Below, one piece after another: positions 1-7,254 of a stretch of DNA of 48,298 bases. Below the pieces are notes generated by a model that worked only from the letters and a program-made list of their open reading frames with translations, ran no database searches and was not told where the DNA came from. Numbering within the stretch: position 1 is the first letter of the stretch; each line of letters begins with the position of its first letter. A program made the position numbers and the translations under genes. Location: positions 1 to 48,298 of IMG/VR virus record IMGVR_UViG_3300048611_000085; one strand, given 5' to 3'. This DNA is from a virus. Lineage: Duplodnaviria; Caudoviricetes.

Positions 1-84
1 GGCGACGGCTCCGGCTACGGCTACGGCGACGGCTACGGCGACGGCTCCGGCGACGGCTACGGCTACGGCTACGGCTACGGCTAC
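1..84 (+). repeat. Coding hexamer repeat GGC(TAC/GAC/TCC)
   Basis: 14 consecutive GGCnnC units directly visible. Confidence 0.9.
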
Positions 85-174
85 AGCATCACTAACGTTG
101 AGATGGGCGGCTCAGTGGTAGGTCACGACGATGCCATTCGCATTCTACAGGACGCACTAAAGGAGGCGGCATGA
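1..174 (+). CDS. 3' part of a Gly/Tyr/Asp-repeat (GYGDGSG) phage protein, truncated by the window edge
   Basis: Frame 1 reads GDGSGYGYGDGYGDGSG...DALKEAA*; the stop overlaps the next ATG (ATGA at 171-174). Confidence 0.75.
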   Translation, partial: GDGSGYGYGDGYGDGSGDGYGYGYGYGYSITNVEMGGSVVGHDDAIRILQDALKEAA

Positions 175-695
175 GTGAGAAATTGAGCGACACGTTAGAA
201 CTGGCAAACGTCACGGACGAAGTGCCACGAGCATACTACGCCTATTCTGGCGACGATGATTTAATCGACCGCATCCGCGCCCTCGAAGCCGAACTGACGG
301 AGGCTCGGAAGCCATTCAAACCCACGACCTACATGCGTGACCTTGAGATGCGACTTACCAAGGACGGGGTAGGCGTCCATTTAGTCGGTCAGGTTATGGG
401 AGAAATGAAAGGAAGGATGTCGCTTTATCGTCTTGAGAAGGGTAAAGCAGCATCCCTCCGCGCCCGTCTAGCCGCGCTGGAGCCTGTGAGCGTGGAGGAG
501 GCTTGTCGTAGGATGCATGAAGCATACGAGCGACACGCGGCCACGTTAGGATGGGAGACGCAAAAGCTTTCAAGAGTCCGTCGATGGGACGACGTTCCAG
601 ATGCGAATAAAGAGACTATGCGAGCCACGATCAGGGAGGTATTTACCGGATTGCATATCGACAACACCACGCCGGAGGTCGAAGGGGATGAGTGA
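171..695 (+). CDS. hypothetical phage protein
   Basis: 174-aa ORF with AAGGAGG SD, coupled to neighbours. Confidence 0.7.
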   Translation: MSEKLSDTLELANVTDEVPRAYYAYSGDDDLIDRIRALEAELTEARKPFKPTTYMRDLEMRLTKDGVGVHLVGQVMGEMKGRMSLYRLEKGKAASLRARLAALEPVSVEEACRRMHEAYERHAATLGWETQKLSRVRRWDDVPDANKETMRATIREVFTGLHIDNTTPEVEGDE

Positions 696-1143
696 CATTT
701 TGTGCCACCCGGCTTATCAAGATTGGGAGTCTCACGACGATTTCAACGACGGCAAAGGTAGATACATGACCGACCTTACCAAACTGAGCACGGCGGAACT
801 GTGCGAACGGCTTGAGATAACCGCTGGGCTTGTGCTTGGCGAGCGCCACGGAACAAACGTCACTGCGCAAGAAATTTTCGAGGCCATAGATCGCCTGCGC
901 GCCCTGACCACGTGGAAGCCGGCGAGCGAGGTGCCGACAGACGGACGCTATCGCTGGGTAGCAACGTTTCTCGGTGCAGAGAAGGGCTATTACGACCCCG
1001 AGAAAAAGACGTGGTTCGTGGAGCAGAGTCGGCCTTTGTCCGCACCAGAGAGGTGGTATGACGACGTGAAGGTTATTGCTTACCTCGACTACTACAGTCC
1101 GCCGTTCGAACTCCCAGAGTGGCGCGAGGAGGGGAGGGAATGA
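688..1143 (+). CDS. hypothetical phage protein
   Basis: ATG at 688 overlaps the end of the upstream gene; WKPASEVPTDG motif typical of small phage accessory proteins. Confidence 0.65.
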   Translation: MSDILCHPAYQDWESHDDFNDGKGRYMTDLTKLSTAELCERLEITAGLVLGERHGTNVTAQEIFEAIDRLRALTTWKPASEVPTDGRYRWVATFLGAEKGYYDPEKKTWFVEQSRPLSAPERWYDDVKVIAYLDYYSPPFELPEWREEGRE

Positions 1144-1331
1144 AGCGAGTCAGGATTTACACCCCAACGCGGCACAACATGACTCCGGTTGACCCCAAGA
1201 GATGTGCCGCCAACGTGGATGGTTATATCCCCTCTCAGTGTCTACGAAAAGGAAGGTACGAGCACGGTTGGTATCGCTTTTGTAGTCAGCACCTGAAGAT
1301 GGTAGAAACCGACCCCAAAACCGAGAGCTAA
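1140..1331 (+). CDS. small Cys/His (Zn-finger-like) protein
   Basis: ATGA overlap, GGAGG SD, RCAA...QC...FCSQH. Confidence 0.65.
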   Translation: MKRVRIYTPTRHNMTPVDPKRCAANVDGYIPSQCLRKGRYEHGWYRFCSQHLKMVETDPKTES

Positions 1332-1528
1332 TGAGCTTCATTCTTTACTGTTCACGTTGCGGGCGCGAAACGGGAACGGCTGGGGAGTGTTTCCATTGCC
1401 CGCCCGTCAGCGATACGATTACACAGGTGAGTGAAACCGATCAACTCCGATCCGAAATTGCCGGATTGAGCGAAGAAATCCGCCTACTCCGTCAGTCGAT
1501 TGAGCGCATGAACCGCAAACTGTTTTGA
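1331..1528 (+). CDS. small zinc-ribbon plus coiled-coil protein
   Basis: CSRC...CFHC, then heptad-like C-terminus; TAATG coupling. Confidence 0.65.
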   Translation: MSFILYCSRCGRETGTAGECFHCPPVSDTITQVSETDQLRSEIAGLSEEIRLLRQSIERMNRKLF

Positions 1529-1602
1529 TGACCTGCCCCACCCTCATATTCATAGCCGCGCTCGTCGTGGCGCTCGTGTTGATAATCAGGAAACGCAAAT
1601 GA
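1528..1602 (+). CDS. 24-aa single-TM peptide (MTCPTLIFIAALVVALVLIIRKRK)
   Basis: Fills the gap exactly, with TGATG and ATGA overlaps; hydrophobic helix followed by a basic tail. Confidence 0.55.
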   Translation: MTCPTLIFIAALVVALVLIIRKRK

Positions 1603-2270
1603 TCCAAGAAAAAGAAAACATCTACTCTGCGATCCGTCGCTATACGGCACAGCAACAGAGTAAGGCCCCGCACTTCACCAGGCCGAACCTCTTGCTTCAT
1701 CCCAATCTCCCGATGCCCCTACATGGACTGAATCCAAGAACGTGTCTTGGATCCAGATGGTGGAATGCGGCTCGAGAAGTGGCCTACCGCGAGAACAACT
1801 TCTGCTGTTGGGCCTGCGGTCGCCATAGGGATGAAGTGGAAATGAGGGGAAGGCTTGAGGCTCACGAAGTCTACGATATCAACTGGGAACAGGGGCGATC
1901 GATCTTCACTGAGGTGACTGCTCTATGTCATTTCTGTCACCAATTCATCCACTCCGGGATGATCAAGGCAAGGGTGGAGAAGGGGGACTATGACCCCAGG
2001 AAGCAGGACGCAATCAGGGAGCACGGATATCGGATTCTATGGAACGCGGGACTGGAGCCGAGCGAATGGAGCAGGATGAACTTCGAGCGGAACTACGTTC
2101 CCCCGTATGAATTCCTGAACATGGAAATGGCTGACTGGGAGGAGTGGCGTCTCATTGTGGGGGATAAGATTTTCGAACCCCTATTTGCGAACGAGGACGA
2201 ATACAACGATTACTATAACCCGGAACAGGAGGAGGGAGACGGAGAACCAGACGACGAACTCCCCTTCTGA
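1599..2270 (+). CDS. HNH endonuclease-like protein
   Basis: CWACG...LEAHEVY...LCHFCHQFIH zinc/HNH motifs. Confidence 0.75.
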   Translation: MIQEKENIYSAIRRYTAQQQSKAPHFTRPNLLLHPNLPMPLHGLNPRTCLGSRWWNAAREVAYRENNFCCWACGRHRDEVEMRGRLEAHEVYDINWEQGRSIFTEVTALCHFCHQFIHSGMIKARVEKGDYDPRKQDAIREHGYRILWNAGLEPSEWSRMNFERNYVPPYEFLNMEMADWEEWRLIVGDKIFEPLFANEDEYNDYYNPEQEEGDGEPDDELPF

Positions 2271-2303
2271 ACCGAAAGAACCAAAACCATATCGAGGAAG
2301 CTG

Positions 2304-3503
2304 ATGCAAATACATTCATACGGAGACGCTGATCTATATCTCGTCAACCCAAGCGCCTATCACGAGGCTTACTTCCGGGGGGATCACACAAAGAAGCCCG
2401 ACGGAAGCCCGAGGGATACGAAGATGTTTTTCCTGGGGGCAGGAATTGCCGATGGATGGGCGACATTCACCGCCAATACGAACAGGATCCCCGCAGGGGT
2501 CCGGATCGGGTGCCGACTCACCGGATTCAATAACGTCCCTGCCGGCTGGAAATCCGTCACCGTCCGGGATAACGAGTACGCGGACTTCGGGAAGGATTCG
2601 GGGAATCGACCGAAATTCCTTGCGGCTCTCCGGGACTTCAAGCTCAAGAATCCCCGAGTGACCTGGATTGATCTCTCGTTCCCATATGCTCCGAGCGACG
2701 AACCCAGCATAACCCTGAACGACTGCAAGGAACTCGGGGGAGGAGATGAGGCCGCAGGAAGGGCTAAGTTCTTTGCTGATGCAAAGTGGTTGATCGGTGC
2801 GTACGTGGAGGTATTTGGGAAAGCGATCATCGGTAACCTCATTTCCTCGACGTGGATCAGGGATGAACTTCTTCCATACCAACAGGAGAAGGGGATCATG
2901 GGCTTCCGACATGATTCCTGGATGCGATTCGACTGGCGGGGAGACGGGAAGATCGAGGGAGAAAATCGGGCTACCCTATATGACCGGGCGCACGTCCGCA
3001 TGGGGGGGAGAGATTCGTACTACCGCCTGATCGTGGAACAGACGGGGAATGGCCTGACGGTAGTGAACGGGCGGCTCGTTGATCAGGGGAAGAACAAGGC
3101 TCCCTGTCCAGTATGGATTCAGATGATGGGGCCGGGAGGAGAAGCCGCATATCTGATCGTGACTGACTGGGGCAACATGGGCCTCCAGATCCCTCACGGA
3201 CACGCAATCGTCAACAGCGCCCAGGCAAAGGAAAAACTGGACGCTTGGTATTCGTACATTCTCGCGCCTCCTGGAGGAGATGGAGGAGATGGAGGGGATG
3301 GAGGGACGATCCCGCCTGATGATATGAAGGCGAGGGTTTCGCGCCTTGAGAGACGCCAGAACGCCGCAGATGCGACGATCCAGGCAATGCAGGAAACGAT
3401 CGAAGGACAAAGAGAGGAGGTCGTTAAGCTGGAATCGAGACTGAGGAGCCATTCGCACGCTCCGATGATATCCGGTCCCATGTGGCCGGATGGGGGAGAA
3501 TAA
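2304..3503 (+). CDS. hypothetical protein, possible glycoside-hydrolase-like domain with Gly linker and coiled coil
   Basis: 399-aa ORF; FLAAL...PRVTWIDL and GFRHDSW recall DUF4832/DUF4874-type proteins; GGDGGDGGDGG linker. Confidence 0.55.
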   Translation: MQIHSYGDADLYLVNPSAYHEAYFRGDHTKKPDGSPRDTKMFFLGAGIADGWATFTANTNRIPAGVRIGCRLTGFNNVPAGWKSVTVRDNEYADFGKDSGNRPKFLAALRDFKLKNPRVTWIDLSFPYAPSDEPSITLNDCKELGGGDEAAGRAKFFADAKWLIGAYVEVFGKAIIGNLISSTWIRDELLPYQQEKGIMGFRHDSWMRFDWRGDGKIEGENRATLYDRAHVRMGGRDSYYRLIVEQTGNGLTVVNGRLVDQGKNKAPCPVWIQMMGPGGEAAYLIVTDWGNMGLQIPHGHAIVNSAQAKEKLDAWYSYILAPPGGDGGDGGDGGTIPPDDMKARVSRLERRQNAADATIQAMQETIEGQREEVVKLESRLRSHSHAPMISGPMWPDGGE

Positions 3504-3518
3504 GAGACGCATCTCTCA

Positions 3519-3577
3519 AGAATGGGGCCGGGCCGGGGTTAACCAGATGACCCACCGCGACGGCTCGGCCTCGTTCT
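3519..3577 (+). other. Structured intergenic element (long stem enclosing a short hairpin)
   Basis: 3519-3535 pairs with 3561-3577 (three G-U pairs); inner GGGTT/GACCC stem. Confidence 0.5.
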
Positions 3578-3598
3578 CCTCCAAACTTTTCCACACCG

Positions 3599-3627
3599 TT
3601 GATCGATATTCAATGATCGATTAAGTT
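3599..3627 (+). promoter_or_regulatory. putative sigma70-type promoter, possibly producing a leaderless mRNA
   Basis: TTGATC-N17-TAAGTT; the ATG at 3634 lies 6 nt past the -10 box with no SD. Confidence 0.45.
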
Positions 3628-3633
3628 TGAGTT

Positions 3634-3987
3634 ATGCCAAGACCGATACGAATCGCAAAGGGCCGCAGGCCAGGATCCAGAAAGGGGAGAACGAAACTTG
3701 AGGGGGAGTTCCTGAATCTCCTGATCGTTTCGAAGCACGAGGGCACGATCCTTGACTACCGGGAACAACCTATGGGGCTTCGCCTTGCCCCGAACACATT
3801 CTACCATCCTGACTTCCTGGTGATTGATAGGGATCAGACGGTCACGGTCTACGAGGTGAAAGGCCACTGGGAGGATGATGCGAGGGTAAAGATCAAGGTG
3901 GCCGCGAAGGAATTCCCCTGGTTCCGATTCGTTGCCGTTACGAAGTCCTCGATGGGATTTCAATACGAGAAGATACCATGTACCTGA
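3634..3987 (+). CDS. PD-(D/E)xK nuclease, DUF1064-like
   Basis: YHPDFLV...YEVKG...ARVKIK motifs. Confidence 0.75.
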   Translation: MPRPIRIAKGRRPGSRKGRTKLEGEFLNLLIVSKHEGTILDYREQPMGLRLAPNTFYHPDFLVIDRDQTVTVYEVKGHWEDDARVKIKVAAKEFPWFRFVAVTKSSMGFQYEKIPCT

Positions 3988-4388
3988 TTACGAAAGAGTT
4001 CGAGTTCTCATCGGCCCATCAACTCCACGGCCTCCCGGAGGATCACAAATGCTCTCGCCTTCATGGTCACAACTACAAGGTCGTAGTGGAGCTACAAGCG
4101 CCCGCGACGGACGAGAATGGATTCGTGGTGGACTTCGGAGATCTCAAGGACCTGAAGAACTACCTCGACGCCGAATTTGATCACCGCAATCTGAATGATC
4201 ATCCTTATTTCAAAGGGGCGTGGGCTAGGGATGATGGGGAGTTCGTTGATCTACCCACGACTGCGGAGAATCTGGCGTTGGTGATTTTCACTCACTGTCG
4301 TCTGCATTTCGAATGGGGGCCATATGTGAGCGAGATCCGCGTATCAGAGACTCCGAAAACCTGGGCGATCTTCCGTGAAAACATATAG
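3978..4388 (+). CDS. queD: 6-carboxy-5,6,7,8-tetrahydropterin synthase
   Basis: FSSAH, KCSRLHGHNY, DHRNLND, TTAENLA, VSETP motifs. Confidence 0.95.
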   Translation: MYLITKEFEFSSAHQLHGLPEDHKCSRLHGHNYKVVVELQAPATDENGFVVDFGDLKDLKNYLDAEFDHRNLNDHPYFKGAWARDDGEFVDLPTTAENLALVIFTHCRLHFEWGPYVSEIRVSETPKTWAIFRENI

Positions 4389-5022
4389 AGTAAAGGAGAT
4401 TTTCGACACCATTCAGGGCGAGGGGTATCACGCCGGTTCCCCGGCCTGCTTCATCCGTCTTGTCGGATGTAATATGTGGAGCGGATACGAGGAGGATCGA
4501 CTTCGGGACGCGGAGAGAAACAGGGCTCATTGCCCCCTCTGGTGTGATACGGATTTCACGAAGGAGGGAAGCGAGGATATGAGCGCACTCCGGATCGCTC
4601 AGATCGCACGAAATCGATCCAGGGCTAAGATCGCCGTGATCACTGGCGGGGAGCCACTGTTGCAACTTTCCCCTGAACTCGTGATCGACCTTCGGGAGCA
4701 TGGCTTCGCTGTTCATGTCGAGACGAACGGCACTCAGCCGTGGCAATGGCGACACAATCGTCCGGACTGGATCTGCGTCAGCCCAAAGACGGACGTGAAC
4801 AGGCTCCAGTTATTCGATCCTGATGAGATCAAACTGGTGATGCCCGACTATCATCCTTCGTCGTTTATGGGATATATCGGTAACTCGGGAGCGAAGGTTT
4901 TTATACAGCCCGAGGATGGTCCTCGATATAAGGAGGCTCTGCGACAGTCGATTCAGATCGTCCGGGAGTATCCCATCTTCCGCCTCTCGATCCAGATCCA
5001 CAAACTGGTCAATCTGCCATGA
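4375..5022 (+). CDS. queE: 7-carboxy-7-deazaguanine synthase (radical SAM)
   Basis: EIFDTIQGEG, FIRLVGCN, CDTDF, ITGGEPLLQ, ETNGT, VSPK, RLSIQIHK. Confidence 0.95.
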   Translation: MKTYRVKEIFDTIQGEGYHAGSPACFIRLVGCNMWSGYEEDRLRDAERNRAHCPLWCDTDFTKEGSEDMSALRIAQIARNRSRAKIAVITGGEPLLQLSPELVIDLREHGFAVHVETNGTQPWQWRHNRPDWICVSPKTDVNRLQLFDPDEIKLVMPDYHPSSFMGYIGNSGAKVFIQPEDGPRYKEALRQSIQIVREYPIFRLSIQIHKLVNLP

Positions 5023-5771
5023 GTGAACGGTTCATGCGATATGTGGGAGATCAGATCCGCAAACGACGGAAGGATCTGGGATACCCTCAATCGAGGGTGG
5101 CGAAAGATGCCGAGATCAGCATCCCGTACTTGAGCGGCATTGAGAATGGGAAGCGAACCCCGAGCTTGCTTATTGCAACGAATATCTCGACCGTTCTCGG
5201 GATAACGCTCGAAGAAATGACGGGGCACGATATCTGCCCCGGAGAGGCGGTCAGAGTCATTCTGCGACATATCGGGGAGGATCCTTGGCGAGAGGGTCTT
5301 AAAGAGACGCCCAGGCGCTTCCTGGAGTATCTGGAGGAGGCGACTAAGGGCTCCCGTTATCCAGATTGGGACATGACGACCTTCGAGAAGGAGAATTACG
5401 ATCAGATGATCGTCCAGTCGAACATTCCCTTCTATTCCCTCTGTGAACATCATCTTGCGCCCATCTTCGGAACCGTTGCAATCGGATACATTCCCGAGGG
5501 CCGGATCGTGGGGCTCTCGAAGCTATCACGCGTGGCGGGAGAGGTTTCTCGTGGGCTTCAGAATCAGGAACGGATCACGAGTTCCATTCTGGAGTGGATC
5601 TCGAACGAACTGGCCCCTCAAGGTGTGATCGTGGTTGTCAAAGCGAGGCACTTCTGTATGGAGATGCGAGGGGTCCGGGTACATGATGTATGGACTACGA
5701 CAAGCGCCCTGACGGGGGAGTTCGAGAAACCCGAGGTGCGCGCCGAATTCTTCAAACTGGCAGATATCTAA
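5019..5771 (+). CDS. folE: XRE-family HTH fused to GTP cyclohydrolase I
   Basis: N-terminal IRKRRKDLG...YLSGIENGKRTPS HTH; then GEDPWREGLKETPRR, SLCEHHLAP, GLSKL, QER, HFCMEMRG. Confidence 0.93.
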   Translation: MSERFMRYVGDQIRKRRKDLGYPQSRVAKDAEISIPYLSGIENGKRTPSLLIATNISTVLGITLEEMTGHDICPGEAVRVILRHIGEDPWREGLKETPRRFLEYLEEATKGSRYPDWDMTTFEKENYDQMIVQSNIPFYSLCEHHLAPIFGTVAIGYIPEGRIVGLSKLSRVAGEVSRGLQNQERITSSILEWISNELAPQGVIVVVKARHFCMEMRGVRVHDVWTTTSALTGEFEKPEVRAEFFKLADI

Positions 5772-7069
5772 TGTGTGGCATTTTCGGGTGGCAGGATCCG
5801 GGCCTTCAGGCTCCCAAGACAATAAAGCACGACGCTATCGATGCGGCTTCGAGGAGGGGTCGCGATGGGGTCGGGGTATCGTTCGATCTCGGCGCTCCTG
5901 ATCGGATGCTGTCGGCTCATGCGGGGAAATTCAACGAGAGACTGGATGCGAGGTATTGCGTCGGGGTCTATCGGGCAACGCCTACCCCCGAGCCTGAAAC
6001 TAAACTCGATATCCTGGGGCCGTATGGATCTCCTCAGCTTGGATGGTGGATCCACAACGGAACGATCGCGAATGATGATTATATCCGGGATCAGTTCAAC
6101 GTTCCGGAACATGATCCATTCATTGACTCGATGGTTATTCCTCATCTGATGGAGGGGATTACGAGTGCCGCCATTGGCGTGGATCGATTATCGGAGGTGG
6201 AAGGATCGTTCGCAATGGCCGGCCTCGTATCGGGAGGGGCCTACCTGTACCTTGCGGCGAACTACAAACCCCTGTACTGGCTCGGGGGGGATGGATGGGT
6301 AGTGTTTTCATCGAACCCGTTTGCGACAGCCCATCCCATCGAGCCGTATTCCGTCATGAAATTCGGGGCGGGAGTGATTCTGGGTCAGGCCAGCTTGTAC
6401 GGCGAAGTTGACCGTCCTCGATCCGTTCTCGTATCGGCTTCCTCTGGTCTCGATTCAACGACCGTGGCGTATATGCTCCGAGATCAGGGCTACGACGTTG
6501 ATCTTGCTCATTTCCATTACGGGGCCAACGCCACCCGGAAAGAATGGGAGCGGATCCGTCAGATCTCCGAACATGGGAGGATGGGGCTTGTTGAGATCGA
6601 GATACCCAAGGGAATCGTCGGGGGAACGCTCGTTGAGGGGAGGTATCACGACGAACCCATCCGGGGCGCGGAATACGCAGAGGATTGGGTGAGCGCCCGG
6701 AACCTCCTCATGCTCTCTCTGCTTACCGCGAAGGCTGAACGGGATGGATATGACTGCATAGCCTTTGGCGGCAATCTGGAGGAGTCTGGGGCGTATCCAG
6801 ACAACGAGGAGGAGTTCGCGAGAAGGTTTAATGCGATCCTTCCGTTTGCTGTTGCTCCTGATCGCAAGATTGAACTGCTGACCCCCGTCGTCAGGATGAT
6901 GAAGCACGAGATCGTCAAGGAGGGCCTTCGCTTGAAGGTTCCCTATCACCTGACATGGTCGTGCTATTCGGGAAAGGAGGAGCATTGCGGAGTCTGTGGC
7001 CCCTGCTTCATGAGGCGGGAGGCATTTCGGAGGAGTGGGATCGAGGATCCCGTATTCAAGGAGTTGTGA
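5771..7069 (+). CDS. queC: Gat-QueC: class II glutamine amidotransferase fused to 7-cyano-7-deazaguanine synthase
   Basis: MCGIFG Ntn start, RGRDG, HNGTIAND, DS; then SSGLDSTT, ARNL, YPDN, TWSCY...HCGVCGPC. Confidence 0.93.
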   Translation: MCGIFGWQDPGLQAPKTIKHDAIDAASRRGRDGVGVSFDLGAPDRMLSAHAGKFNERLDARYCVGVYRATPTPEPETKLDILGPYGSPQLGWWIHNGTIANDDYIRDQFNVPEHDPFIDSMVIPHLMEGITSAAIGVDRLSEVEGSFAMAGLVSGGAYLYLAANYKPLYWLGGDGWVVFSSNPFATAHPIEPYSVMKFGAGVILGQASLYGEVDRPRSVLVSASSGLDSTTVAYMLRDQGYDVDLAHFHYGANATRKEWERIRQISEHGRMGLVEIEIPKGIVGGTLVEGRYHDEPIRGAEYAEDWVSARNLLMLSLLTAKAERDGYDCIAFGGNLEESGAYPDNEEEFARRFNAILPFAVAPDRKIELLTPVVRMMKHEIVKEGLRLKVPYHLTWSCYSGKEEHCGVCGPCFMRREAFRRSGIEDPVFKEL

Positions 7070-7239
7070 TGGAAATACTGCTATTCTCAATGGGACTATT
7101 AATCGGCGCTTTCGTGGAATGGATGCTACTTACTGGGAAACATGAGGAGGAGGAGCGTCGATCATACTGCGCCGGGAGGGATTCGGGATACTGGGCCGCG
7201 AATGAGATACGACGAATCGAGAAGGAAAATGATATCTGA
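7069..7239 (+). CDS. small membrane protein
   Basis: TGATG coupling; N-terminal hydrophobic helix. Confidence 0.6.
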   Translation: MEILLFSMGLLIGAFVEWMLLTGKHEEEERRSYCAGRDSGYWAANEIRRIEKENDI

Positions 7240-7254
7240 TCAACGGCTCGTAGA

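Noticed and set aside
3519-3577. preQ1-I riboswitch
   Set aside because: Lacks the short stem plus A-rich 3' tail consensus; kept only as an unclassified structure
5690-5770. N-terminal extension of Gat-QueC in the ORF track
   Set aside because: Ntn amidotransferases need Cys at position 2; the true start is ATG 5771 (MCGIFG), coupled to the folE stop
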